Counted from the stretch's first letter, positions 38,424-48,720 are shown. The stretch is DNA of 64,000 bases from Opitutales bacterium (GCA_018607135.1 JABBCA010000091.1:26798-90797); one strand, 5' to 3'. The notes: generated by a model from the letters alone, not told the origin. Numbers and translations are program-made.

Positions 38424-39035
38424 ATGGCGGCATTTGATGAAAATTTAGTTCGCGAGTATTTTGAGTTAAACGGCTTCTTTGTGCGACAGCTGCGTAACCA
38501 TACTGTCCAGTCGCGCAAGAAGCAGGTCGAAGCGACAAATGATTTAGTCGTCTTCAATCCATCTACGCCTGAGTCGGCAGGGCTTTCCAGTTTCCAGCTG
38601 TTCGCTTCGGATATGACGAATCTTCGTGGAGCTGTGGTGGGTATAAAGGGGTGGAATGAATCGAGGTTTAGTCCAGCGATTCTGAAGAGTAGCTCAAAGA
38701 CATTCGACTTTTTGAAGAAGGAAGTGATCGCAAAGAGTGATCTCTATTTTCAAACGGATGAGCCAGAAGATGAGTCTACCGTAGATCCCTATGCCGACTA
38801 TAAAAGGTTGATTGTGGTGCCGGCGTTCCCGACGAATGATCAGCACCGTGTTGATTGTGCGGCGCTGTTTCAAGAAAAGGGCGTCCACGGAGTGATCGTT
38901 GTGAGCACTATTCTTGAAAGTTTGTTGCGTAATGTGGCGGTGAACCATAGCTACTCGAAGTCGGAAATCCTTCAACTATTGCGTGTGCTGAAAATTTACG
39001 ATATGATTCGTGAGCCACAGATGACTCTGTTTTAA
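38424..39035 (+). CDS. Hypothetical protein (weak PD-(D/E)xK-like N-terminal pattern)
   Basis: 203-aa ORF. ENLVREYFELNGFFVRQ...NDLVVF...AVVGIKGW loosely recalls a nuclease-fold core, but the acidic residue before K is missing. Confidence 0.55.
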   Translation: MAAFDENLVREYFELNGFFVRQLRNHTVQSRKKQVEATNDLVVFNPSTPESAGLSSFQLFASDMTNLRGAVVGIKGWNESRFSPAILKSSSKTFDFLKKEVIAKSDLYFQTDEPEDESTVDPYADYKRLIVVPAFPTNDQHRVDCAALFQEKGVHGVIVVSTILESLLRNVAVNHSYSKSEILQLLRVLKIYDMIREPQMTLF

Positions 39036-39359
39036 GAGGAGTTATGGAGTGACTAAGTTTACTACTAGTTTCTAATCGTGTGTGTTTGTATTCATATCGC
39101 AACAATGATTCATTAACATTTCAACGGTGCGAGCATCCTGATGTGGAGACTTTTGGAATGAGTTGTTGCACAAAGCTCTAGAAGACACGCCGAATCCAAA
39201 GCAAAGCATCGCTACTGCAAACTGATTGGGAGTCAAAACGATAGAAGGTAAAAGTGTCCGCTAGTGATTACTCACCGGGCGTGACTCCTCCCATGCTAGC
39301 TTTCACCTATAAGCATATGATTTCTTGAAACCTCCTAAAACGTCGTTAATAATCATTAA

Positions 39360-40310
39360 ATGAAAAATCGCCGCAGGTTTCTTAAAACATTTCTAGCTGG
39401 TGGAGCAGCCGTATCAAGCGGTAGCATCGCCTCTGCCAATAATTTGCCAAAAATACAACTTGTTGACCGCCGGATGTTAGGGCGCACCGGCTCTGAAGTA
39501 TCCATTCTAGGACTCGGACTTGGTTCGGCATTCACTGGGCCTTACAAGGATGACATCGAAGCGGGACACGCTCTTCTGAACCGTGCTCTAGAACATGGCA
39601 TCAACTACTGGGATACTAGTCGAGGCTACGGGCCCAGTGAAAGCATGATCGGTCCAGTCGTAGAAAAGAACCGAGATAAAATCTTTCTAGTTTCGAAAAG
39701 TGGTGGCAGGACTTATGACGATTTTATGCGTGACGTAGAAGAAAGTCTTAAAAATCTACGCACTGACTACTTGGACATCCTTCACATGTGGAATTTGAAA
39801 GCAGATGAAAATCTCGATACGATGCAGCGCGGGGCGTTTAAGGCGGTGACTAAGTTGAAAGATCAAAAAGTGATTCGGAATTACGGTGTCACAGGTCACA
39901 GCGGGGCCAAAATTTTGATGCAAGCGATCGAGCGTTTTGATCCCGACACCATGCTGACTGTTTACCCCTGCACTCGCGATGACAATGGTCGTTACGAAGA
40001 CGAACTGCTTCCCTTAGCACAAGAGCGTAAAATGGGTGTCATCGCTATGAAGATGGTTCGAAGAGCGCGGAACGCTGACCTGAAAGGTAGTGATTTGATT
40101 CGTTACGCGCTCAGCTTGGACGGAGTATCCAGTGCGATTGTTGGTTTGGATACACTCGGGCACCTCAACGAAAATATCGAGATGGCGACGAATTTTCAAC
40201 CCATGCTTGGAGACGAACGAGCGCAATTACACCGCGACGCCGTGCATGGATTACGTAATATTCCCAGTCCATGGGAACATCCCAACTACGTCGACGGTTC
40301 ACTCGCGTAA
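39360..40310 (+). CDS. Aldo/keto reductase with a twin-arginine signal
   Basis: 316 aa with the Tat motif NRRRFLKT. AKR motifs are INYWDTSRGYG and DILHMW. Confidence 0.85.
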   Translation: MKNRRRFLKTFLAGGAAVSSGSIASANNLPKIQLVDRRMLGRTGSEVSILGLGLGSAFTGPYKDDIEAGHALLNRALEHGINYWDTSRGYGPSESMIGPVVEKNRDKIFLVSKSGGRTYDDFMRDVEESLKNLRTDYLDILHMWNLKADENLDTMQRGAFKAVTKLKDQKVIRNYGVTGHSGAKILMQAIERFDPDTMLTVYPCTRDDNGRYEDELLPLAQERKMGVIAMKMVRRARNADLKGSDLIRYALSLDGVSSAIVGLDTLGHLNENIEMATNFQPMLGDERAQLHRDAVHGLRNIPSPWEHPNYVDGSLA

Positions 40311-40607
40311 TTCTGCTAGCTGGTTTTTGCACGCTCTACGCTCTTTACTGGTGGTTGCTAGTAAGTGGGACTATGACTTCAATCAAGGTGATCTTTCTAT
40401 TTGGGCCTTCGATGGCGGGAAATGGAACTTTGTTAAAGTTCCTGAGCGCGGAGTGTCCTTGCCCCTTTTACCCAGATTATGCATTAGGATGAGAAGTGTG
40501 TTCTGCAACTGAAGCGCAAGGGAGCGTATGAAGATACGTGACTGCAGGGCTGACAGGCAGCGTTGTGCGCTAGTCGCCTAAGCGTTTCACGGACACCCGT
40601 CAGGTAA

Positions 40608-40640
40608 GCACAATTCTAATGCGATGCATTAGAATTGTGC
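40608..40640. repeat. Perfect 15-bp stem / 3-nt loop hairpin (GCACAATTCTAATGC-GAT-GCATTAGAATTGTGC)
   Basis: Read directly. No T-tract follows. Confidence 0.9.
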
Positions 40641-40713
40641 CTGATTGACCAGTAATTGCGGAAGCTAAAATCTTGTTCGGGAAACGCCTTTGCATCGTTT
40701 GGGTTTAATGAAA

Positions 40714-40750
40714 TAAAAAAGCCACACTGTATTAGTCAGTGTGGCTTTTG
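40714..40750. terminator. Bidirectional intrinsic terminator (serves the GH10-like gene)
   Basis: AAAAAA-GCCACACTG-TATTAGT-CAGTGTGGC-TTTT. Confidence 0.85.
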
Positions 40751-40770
40751 CGTTTAAGGTTTAGGCGATA

Positions 40771-43700
40771 TCACTCAAGACCTGAGATGGTAACATCGTC
40801 GATATAGACAAAGTCCCGATTGCCGCTCGCATCGCAGCGGAATCGTAAGCTGAAGTCGGCTGCCAAGGTATGGCTGGCTGGCGTCAAAGTAAATGACTCT
40901 GCTTCGTAGCTACCGATTACCAAATTATCCCCACTCGTGTAGGTTTCTAGGTGTGCCCATGTGGAGCCGTCCCAGTATTCAACTACGAAGGATTCGCCAG
41001 TTTCCATGCTTTCGGCGCGATAGTGAAAATCAATCTTAAGTTCGAGTAGGTTATTGACATTCAAACTGTTGGCTAATTCGACGACTGAGCTGTTGGTGTC
41101 GTCGCGGATCAAGGCAGCGTTGTCGCCTGATCGTGCGTAGGTCGTCCTTGTGTAAAGACGGCCGTCATTGCCATCACCCGTAAAGGTGCCGAATCCAGCT
41201 TCGAAGTCATCGCTAACAAGTGTGCTCCACTCTGGTGGCGCTGCGACCACTGTGACGGTGAGTGTTGCTTGCACTGGTGTATTGAATCCATCGGTCACTT
41301 CGACTGTGTAGTTGAAGGTGCCGACATCGCTTTTGCTAGGTGTTCCGCTGAGATTTCCGTTGGGAGCGACGACGATCCAGTGGGACTCGCCAACGAGCGA
41401 GAATGTAAGCGTGTCGATTCCTCCTTCTTCATCTGGGTGTATGGCACGCCAGTTGATCCATGCGTTGTAAGCTTGGTCTTCATTAGCATCTTTGGATCCA
41501 AAGCTATTGAGGGTCCAAGTGGGTGCGACGTTCCATAGGCTGCTATCGGTCGGGTAGAGATCGATCGTGTCGGCATAGCCGTCATTGTCGTCGTCGGTAT
41601 CGATGTCGTCCAATTGACCATCGCCGTCGCTGTCGACTGCAATGATTAGGCTAATAGCATCGTCGCTAGCAAGAAAGAGGCTTTGCTGATATTGATGACC
41701 CGCATGGTCGATGCTTACCGTGTAGCTTCCTAGGTGACCACGCAGAGAAGTGTCGCCGTTACTATTGGATACGAGGCTTGCCGAAGTGTGCCACTGGAGC
41801 TTCGTCATGTAATACCAGACGAGTGCGTTCAGCTTTGGTGTGCCGTCGAGGCGAAAGAAGCCATGCTCATCGTGGTAGAAGGTCCACGCGTTGAAACCAT
41901 ATACGGATGGGTGACTGTAGTAAGTGCGTAGCACCTCGCCTGTGATCTGAGCGCGTAGCTCCTCGGTTGGAGCAAACTCGTAGTCTAGGTTTGCGTCGTA
42001 GGCGCGTGGCTTGACTTCGAATTCAGTGCCTACCATCGGGAGGCCATAGGCGGCGAATTCTTGGAGTCGTGTGTAAAGCAAGGCGGGGTCAGTGCGTTCC
42101 CATCCAAAGCGACTTTGGAAGCCGATCGCATCAAGTGCGGAGTTACTAGTGATCAATTCATCAAGCACCGCTTTGAAGTCTGTTGAGCGACTCCCATATG
42201 AGTTGTTAGTCCATCCGCCGACGGTCGATGCTGCTGAGATAATTTGATACTCATTAACGAGCATGCCTGCGTTTGGGTTGACTGCATTTGCTTTTGCGAT
42301 GTTGAACCAACTATTGATGATGTCTTCGCCGAGCATGGCTTGGATTTCGTTGTTGGTTACCGGTTCGTTCATAAGGTCCCACTCGTAGATGTCCCAACGT
42401 GTGACCCAATCAATGATCTCTGCTTCGATGGTCGCGGCGAGGTCTGCCTTTGCTGCTTCGAGGTCTTCGGGTGCCGCCGCGTGGCAGGCGTCTAGCTTGG
42501 ATCTGACTGTCGCAGTGAGGTGATCGTTGCTCGGGCTGCCCGGCCAGATCAGTGCATGTCCGCGGAAAGGAACTGCGTGGGTTTCTGCCCAATTGATTAT
42601 CGGATCCACATATTCAAGATGACCGCTTTGAAGCTTTGGTTTCAGTGCATTTTGTAGGCCGAAGCAATTGAAGAATTTCAATGCATTGGCCTTATAGCTG
42701 GTGGTGTCGATATTGTCTTCGACGCCCGCCCAGTGCTTGGCGCGAAGAATGCCGCCAAATACAAAGTCATGTGAGTCTAATTTAATTGCAATTGAAGCGC
42801 CATCAACTGGGCGGCCGTAGGTGTCTTGCACATTGAGTTGAAGGTCTGCTTTGCGATAGGTTTCGATGCGGTTGTCGGCATCCACTCGCCATTGCTCTGG
42901 TGAGGTAGTTTTCACAATGGCAGCTATAGACTCGGAGTCAGATTCATTGATGCTGGCACCGACTTCGCTACTGAGCCATGTGATTTCTTGAGGTGATAGA
43001 CGATGGTTGTAGCTGACATCTGCGAGCACGTCGGAGAGCGTGTCTCCATGGCGAATGTTTTCGACTGCGACGGCGGGAGTGGTGGTCGCGATCAAATCGC
43101 CAGTGAGGTGCATACGGTATTCACTGAAGCTCAGGCCAGCGATGCCTGCATTTGAAACCGAGTCAGTTGCGGTGCTCGGGGGCGTGCCGCTGCCCGTAGT
43201 GTCGATGTGGAAATCAACCGTGTCTGTGCTTAGATTGTATACGACTGCGGCATGAATCTGTCCGCTCAAGCTGATACTTTGAAGGTCTTGCCATATGCCC
43301 GAGAGGCCACTTTGGAGTGTGCAGCTTCCATTGGAAACGTTGTAGTGTAGTCGTATGCCCCAGTCTTTGTTGTTGGTATCTCGAATGCTGAAGAGTGCGA
43401 TCGATCCTGCATCATTGCTCGAAGCGCTCAAATCGTAGCTCAAATCGACGCGAAGCGCGGTGCTACTGGTTATGGGTGTGGCGATGGTGGCTTTTGCGAA
43501 ATAGCCCGTGTTGAATCGTGATTGGCCAACGCTGATGTCGGCGTTGTTTTCTCCAATGAGTCGACCTTTATCGATTTGGTATCCAGGCTTAGTGTTTAAC
43601 CAAGCATCGTTTTGTGAACCTGAGTTGATTGCTTGTATGAGTTCACTTCCATTGCTGTCTTGTTCGAAAGACCATTCATTTAGAATGTTTGCTTGCGAGC

Positions 43701-43806
43701 ACACTGGTGTGAGCATTGCGAGCACGAGTGCAGAGGTTAAGCTATGTTTTGCGCGCATATCGATCGATGGTCGCGCGGTGTCATAGCCAGAGCTTGATTT
43801 CGGCAT
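40771..43806 (-). CDS. Large secreted multidomain GH10-like glycoside hydrolase (LamG-like N-domain, GH10 core, Asp-rich calcium-binding-type repeats, Ig-like domain, C-terminal beta-sandwich)
   Basis: 1011 aa. GH10-type motifs are RGHALIWPG, WDLMNEP (acid/base Glu), LVNEYQ, DAIGFQSRF and GTEFEV (nucleophile Glu). It also has DSDGDGQLDDIDTDDDNDGYAD repeats. An alternative start at M17 (43758) gives a cleaner signal peptide. Confidence 0.8.
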   Translation of the reverse strand: MPKSSSGYDTARPSIDMRAKHSLTSALVLAMLTPVCSQANILNEWSFEQDSNGSELIQAINSGSQNDAWLNTKPGYQIDKGRLIGENNADISVGQSRFNTGYFAKATIATPITSSTALRVDLSYDLSASSNDAGSIALFSIRDTNNKDWGIRLHYNVSNGSCTLQSGLSGIWQDLQSISLSGQIHAAVVYNLSTDTVDFHIDTTGSGTPPSTATDSVSNAGIAGLSFSEYRMHLTGDLIATTTPAVAVENIRHGDTLSDVLADVSYNHRLSPQEITWLSSEVGASINESDSESIAAIVKTTSPEQWRVDADNRIETYRKADLQLNVQDTYGRPVDGASIAIKLDSHDFVFGGILRAKHWAGVEDNIDTTSYKANALKFFNCFGLQNALKPKLQSGHLEYVDPIINWAETHAVPFRGHALIWPGSPSNDHLTATVRSKLDACHAAAPEDLEAAKADLAATIEAEIIDWVTRWDIYEWDLMNEPVTNNEIQAMLGEDIINSWFNIAKANAVNPNAGMLVNEYQIISAASTVGGWTNNSYGSRSTDFKAVLDELITSNSALDAIGFQSRFGWERTDPALLYTRLQEFAAYGLPMVGTEFEVKPRAYDANLDYEFAPTEELRAQITGEVLRTYYSHPSVYGFNAWTFYHDEHGFFRLDGTPKLNALVWYYMTKLQWHTSASLVSNSNGDTSLRGHLGSYTVSIDHAGHQYQQSLFLASDDAISLIIAVDSDGDGQLDDIDTDDDNDGYADTIDLYPTDSSLWNVAPTWTLNSFGSKDANEDQAYNAWINWRAIHPDEEGGIDTLTFSLVGESHWIVVAPNGNLSGTPSKSDVGTFNYTVEVTDGFNTPVQATLTVTVVAAPPEWSTLVSDDFEAGFGTFTGDGNDGRLYTRTTYARSGDNAALIRDDTNSSVVELANSLNVNNLLELKIDFHYRAESMETGESFVVEYWDGSTWAHLETYTSGDNLVIGSYEAESFTLTPASHTLAADFSLRFRCDASGNRDFVYIDDVTISGLE

Positions 43807-44301
43807 AATCTGTAGGGGTTGAGGTAATTGTAGACAAAGACAACTTGACGTTGTTTTTGATGATTAAGGGCGGTGACCTTATTCTATTAACCTAAGCCTG
43901 ATCGATTCTCTCAATCGTAATAGAGGGTGAAAAACGCCTCAGATATCTGCTTGATGTGCACGATTTATTTGTTCAGATTCTATACGATGTATCGAATTTA
44001 ATGATACGTATTCGATGCGTTCAGTTGGAGTGATATGTTAGTAGTTCGTCCGCTCATTGATTGCTGTATTTATTTCATTTCCATCTCAAAGTGAGGCTAT
44101 TAATTGCTGGTGAAATATATAAAAAAAGTAAAATTACTAGAATTGTTGTTTTTATTCGGCTTGGTCGACTGTTGTGGATGCGCAGGCTTTGACTTCGAAT
44201 TTACATCTAAGCCTTTGATTTACTTAATATTAGCAGTGTTCGGTCTGCTTTGATTATAAATTTACCTGTAGTAGGGGGAGTGGTATATTGTCTGAGGTGT
44301 A

Positions 44302-44619
44302 GTGACTAGTGAGCGTCCAGAGTTCGTCACCTATTGTGCATGCTGTTATGGTCTTTGTATGACTACCTACGACTATCGCTCTATTCCTTTTCGATTAGGC
44401 CTCCTGCTAATCTTACTCTCTTGCCTCGCTCTGATAAATTTATGGATCCACCTGCAAGGAGCCATGAGCGTAAATGTGTTTAAGGCAATTATCGCAATTT
44501 GGATTCTTGTCGGAGGTGTCGGTATAGATGTCGTGCGTAATCACTTAAAGCGACTGCGTAATCAAAGGAATAAGAACAAGGCTATGGTGCTGCCACGTGT
44601 CGAGCGTTATCGAGTATAG
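44302..44619 (+). CDS. Hypothetical small membrane protein in an AT-rich islet
   Basis: 105-aa ORF with two hydrophobic segments and a basic C-terminal tail. Start uncertain. No family recognised. Confidence 0.4.
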   Translation: MTSERPEFVTYCACCYGLCMTTYDYRSIPFRLGLLLILLSCLALINLWIHLQGAMSVNVFKAIIAIWILVGGVGIDVVRNHLKRLRNQRNKNKAMVLPRVERYRV

Positions 44620-45018
44620 AAGTCTCATAGGCAGACTATGATGTTTTAAAAGAAGCGTTGAGTTATTGGCCAAGTGGATAGGCTTTGCGTATCAAATTCT
44701 TTGCGACGACCAGGCTACGCTTAAAACCCAATGCTCTGGAGCTCATTGCCTTGAGCGCATGCGCTGGAGTAGACACATCGCATTGCTAAGGGGGCTTTTA
44801 ATGGCCAGTAGGCAACTAGTATCGTGTCGATAAAGCTAAGCTGCGATACCGAAGATCAATTGAACAGCAGCTGGCAAGCGAAAGTCGTGTATCCATAAGC
44901 CGGATATTAACTGAGTTTGTGCGTGAATCCCATGAGCCAGTGTTCGATTAATTTGGGTATAAGCATTAGTTTTGTATGATTACACGAGCAAACAGGCACT
45001 ACACTTGACTGGCTGATT

Positions 45019-45768
45019 CTAAGACAGGGTCTCCGCCGTGCACCCCGCGGTGTGGCGGTGAAATAGATCTGCAGGGATGTGCTTGTCTTGCCAGTAATGC
45101 TTGAAAATAACCTCACTCGATTCATCTAGAATGTGGTCATAACCTGCTCCTTGGATTCTTTTTTCAGTATACAGCTTGGCATCGGCCAGAGCTGAATTGT
45201 TCACTACGATCGTGTATAAGTTTTGGCAGAGTTGATGGTAGTTCTTGTGTAATTTTTTATTGGAAATTTTGTAGGCATCCTTGAGAGCTAAGTAAATGAA
45301 TGGATGGTGTGGGCATGCGCCAAGAATTCCTTGAAAAATCGTTCCTGGGTGACAGGATGAATTTACAGACACGAAACTACAGCGATTGGTAACTGAGTCG
45401 ATGTCTGTATACAGCATCGCGTCGCTATCCAAGAAGAGGCCTCCATTTACATACAGATAGTAATAGCGAAACAAGTCAGCCTTGTGGGCGCCTTTTTTGA
45501 GGCTGAGGAACTTCTCATAAATATTTGGGAATTCCTCCAAGGGATTGGCTAGCATGAAATCTCTAATCTCGGAATCATTAAACTGACGGTATTCCCATGG
45601 GTCCGAAAGGTGCTGCTGTAGCATCTTTACAACATATTTAGGTTGTCGTGACGGAGCTGTTTGAAATAGCTGCTTTGTTATGGGTGTGTTCGCAGTTAAG
45701 CAATTGGGTAATTCCTGCTCATGACGAGGTGCGAAGATACCTTTTAAATAGTTTAAAATAGTTTGCAT
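45019..45768 (-). CDS. Glycosyltransferase, GT32-like (Gly_transf_sug type)
   Basis: 249 aa. KADLFRYYYLYVNGGLFLDSD contains the DxD region typical of this family. Confidence 0.7.
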   Translation of the reverse strand: MQTILNYLKGIFAPRHEQELPNCLTANTPITKQLFQTAPSRQPKYVVKMLQQHLSDPWEYRQFNDSEIRDFMLANPLEEFPNIYEKFLSLKKGAHKADLFRYYYLYVNGGLFLDSDAMLYTDIDSVTNRCSFVSVNSSCHPGTIFQGILGACPHHPFIYLALKDAYKISNKKLHKNYHQLCQNLYTIVVNNSALADAKLYTEKRIQGAGYDHILDESSEVIFKHYWQDKHIPADLFHRHTAGCTAETLS

Positions 45769-46061
45769 AAAGCTCGATAAGCGCAGGACAGTAAGCGTGC
45801 AGCCTTTTAACCAGTCAAATTAAGAATATCTTTGAGAACGGCTTTTCAATTAAAATAAATGATTAAGTATTGGCGCCCATGGATATTCAATCCGAGCTTG
45901 AGGACCTGCGCTTACTCTTTAGTCTGCTCGACTTATGCGGGATCGATTATTTTTATTCCACACAAATAAAGTGCAATTTATGACTGCCATTAAGCCCTCT
46001 TTGTGATCCTTTTTTTGTTTTGAGAAAACCGACACGGTGGCCCTAAAGAACACTCTGATGT

Positions 46062-47375
46062 ATGTCTAATCTCTACGAAAAATTATATTACTTACTCACT
46101 GATTCTGAGAGCTCGAAAGAGGCAAATAGCTCCCTCGAGAAGAATGCTCCTGAGAATTTCTTTAGGCTATTAATGGCGCGCACATGTAGCAAAATTGGCG
46201 ATCGTCTATCTAGTCCTAAGACAACCTTGGCTTGGTTGCTACAGAGCCTAGGCGCACCCGCCTTGTTCACGGGATTGATCGTGCCGATTCGAGAGTCTGG
46301 GTCCCTGCTGCCACAACTCTTTTTAAGTAATTATTTAAAGCGATACGCAGTCCGTAAGTGGGCTTGGTCTTTGGGTGCACTGATTCAAGGTGCGGCCATT
46401 GCTGGATGCGCATTCGTTGCCGTCAGCATGACGGGCACCGCTGCGGGCCTCGCCATCGTGGGACTGGTAGTTCTCTTTGCCTTGGCGCGCGGAATCAGTT
46501 CAGTCTCAGCGAAAGATGTATTGGGAAAAACGGTTCCTAAAAGTAAACGCGGTCAATTGACAGGATGGGCTGGCGCAGCTAGCGGCGTGATAGCGATCGG
46601 CTCTGCGAGCTTTCTTTTACTATATGACGCTGGAGAGGCGTCGAACCTGCAATATGCTCTTTATTTGTTAGCCGCCTCTGTTCTTTGGTGGCTTGCTGCT
46701 TACATTAATGCCCAAGTTACAGAGGCAAAAAGCGACGAAGACGCCCCAAGTAGTTTAATCGAAGGCTTTAGCGATCAATTACAGTTATTAAAAGAGGACA
46801 AATCCTTTCGAGATTTCTTAATTGTGCGCTCTCTTGCGGTGGGATCGGGACTCTCGACTCCCTACATCGTTTCGTTGGCCCACCAACAACTAGGCGGCGG
46901 GGTCGCATGGTTGGGAGTCTTTATCATTGCTGAAGGTTTGGCTGCAATGGTGGCCTCGCCTGCATGGGGCCGCTGGGCAGATAAAGCCAGTCGCCGCGTC
47001 TTGCAAATGGCTATGCTCGTTGTTTTCGTGCTGCTAACTAGTGTCATAGTCTATGTAGTGCTGTTTGCAGAGCAAAGTGGTGCCGCTAAATACGTTTTTC
47101 CACTGGTCTTATTTTTATTGGGAGTGGCTCACAGTGGTGTGCGGGTCGGTCGTAAGACCTACGTCGTCGATATGGCCGAAGGAAATACTCGCACCGATTA
47201 TGTCGCCGTGGGCAACACATTGATCGGCATACTGCTGATCATCGCGGGTCTGATTACAGGGGTCGCTTCGCTGATTGCTGTGGAAGTGGCACTGGCTATC
47301 TTTGCGCTGTGTGCGCTCTGTGGGTCTATTTATGCTTCAAGATTGCCCCGAGTAAGCAAACAAACCGATTCTTAA
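46062..47375 (+). CDS. MFS transporter
   Basis: 437 aa with about 12 TM segments. Confidence 0.75.
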   Translation: MSNLYEKLYYLLTDSESSKEANSSLEKNAPENFFRLLMARTCSKIGDRLSSPKTTLAWLLQSLGAPALFTGLIVPIRESGSLLPQLFLSNYLKRYAVRKWAWSLGALIQGAAIAGCAFVAVSMTGTAAGLAIVGLVVLFALARGISSVSAKDVLGKTVPKSKRGQLTGWAGAASGVIAIGSASFLLLYDAGEASNLQYALYLLAASVLWWLAAYINAQVTEAKSDEDAPSSLIEGFSDQLQLLKEDKSFRDFLIVRSLAVGSGLSTPYIVSLAHQQLGGGVAWLGVFIIAEGLAAMVASPAWGRWADKASRRVLQMAMLVVFVLLTSVIVYVVLFAEQSGAAKYVFPLVLFLLGVAHSGVRVGRKTYVVDMAEGNTRTDYVAVGNTLIGILLIIAGLITGVASLIAVEVALAIFALCALCGSIYASRLPRVSKQTDS

Positions 47376-47382
47376 TAAGTTT

Positions 47383-48720
47383 ATGAATTCTTTCATCTCG
47401 CTTTTTTTACGACGCACTTGTCAGTCCTTTTGGTTCATTCCTGCGACTCTAATCACCACTGCATTTATTGCATCAGTCGTGCTCACTTGGATTGACCACA
47501 AACTTCAGCTGGAAGCTTGGGAAGGCAGTCAATGGCTCCTCTCCACAAGTCCAGCTGGCGCGCGCTCAGTGCTCTCAACTATTGCTGGCTCAACCATTAC
47601 CGTTGCTGGCGTGATTCTATCGACAACCATCGTGGTATTGACGCTAGCATCGCAACAATATGGTCCACGACTGTTACGCAACTTCATCGAAGATCGACCC
47701 AGCCAGTTTGTCATCGGATCTTTTACTTCCTGTTTCATCTATAGTATACTCATTTTAAGAAGCATACGTTCTGGTGACTTTATTTTTGTCCCACACCTTT
47801 CTGTGTTGCTAGCTGTGCTTGCCGCACTCGTTTGCATCTGCTTGATGATCTATTTTATTCACCATGTATCGGTTGAGATCCAAGTTCAGTCGATCATGGC
47901 GCGTGTGCATCGTGACCTTCGCGCCAAAATCGATCACTTATTTCCATCACATATTGGAGACTCAAATGAAGACGAAATTGACGAACATCGTGACACGGGC
48001 GAAGCACCTCGAGAAGCCGTTCATTCAGTGGATCCAGGCTACTTGCAAGCGATTAGAAATGACTTACTGCTCGAAGCCACTGCGCGTGAAAATGTAGTGG
48101 TCGAAATTAAACAACGCCCTGGTGAATTTATCTTTGAAGGTGATCTCATTGCCGAGATTGACCTGAAAAAGAACGAAAGCATCTCTAAAGACCTAATTGA
48201 TGAAGTGCGTCGCTCATTAGTCATCGGTCGTTTTCCCACCAGTGAACAAGACGTGCGATTTCCCATTCAGCAGCTCGAAGAAATCGCAATTCGCGCGCTC
48301 TCGCCTGGTATTAACGATCCGCATACTGCATTGGAGTGTGTCGACTACTTGGCATCTGCGATGTGCACGCTTGCTAGGCGTTCGTTTCCATCCGAAGCAC
48401 GCTACGACGATTCAGGGCATTTGCGTGTGCTCGCAAAGAGCTATGACTACCGAAACTTGCTCGATGCTGCATTCAAGAAAATTCATCACCATGGTCAATT
48501 GGACCCCTGTATTGTTTGCCACCTATTTGAAGTGCTGGGGAAAATCGCAGCAACGATACCTTGTGATGCTGGGAGGCGCACTGATGTTGTAAGCTTGGCT
48601 AAGCGATTTTTGGATGACAGTGAGAGTAGCCTACAATCACAGCAGGACAAAGATGAAATTCGCGAAGCCTATCGTGCTTGCATGAAGCCTATTCTCCGCG
48701 AAATCCCAAATCCGATTTGA
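47383..48720 (+). CDS. DUF2254 domain membrane protein
   Basis: 445 aa. TIAGSTITVAGVILSTTIVVLTLASQQYGPRLLRNF is typical of DUF2254. Confidence 0.75.
   Translation: MNSFISLFLRRTCQSFWFIPATLITTAFIASVVLTWIDHKLQLEAWEGSQWLLSTSPAGARSVLSTIAGSTITVAGVILSTTIVVLTLASQQYGPRLLRNFIEDRPSQFVIGSFTSCFIYSILILRSIRSGDFIFVPHLSVLLAVLAALVCICLMIYFIHHVSVEIQVQSIMARVHRDLRAKIDHLFPSHIGDSNEDEIDEHRDTGEAPREAVHSVDPGYLQAIRNDLLLEATARENVVVEIKQRPGEFIFEGDLIAEIDLKKNESISKDLIDEVRRSLVIGRFPTSEQDVRFPIQQLEEIAIRALSPGINDPHTALECVDYLASAMCTLARRSFPSEARYDDSGHLRVLAKSYDYRNLLDAAFKKIHHHGQLDPCIVCHLFEVLGKIAATIPCDAGRRTDVVSLAKRFLDDSESSLQSQQDKDEIREAYRACMKPILREIPNPI

Noticed and set aside
44820-44951. A 43-codon open frame (..KLRYRRSIEQQLASESRVSISRILTEFVRESHEPVFD) resembling a ribbon-helix-helix/MobC-type C-terminus.
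   Set aside because: There is no start codon in the frame after the preceding TAG. The resemblance is weak and from memory only. It is mentioned within the AT-rich islet finding but not annotated.
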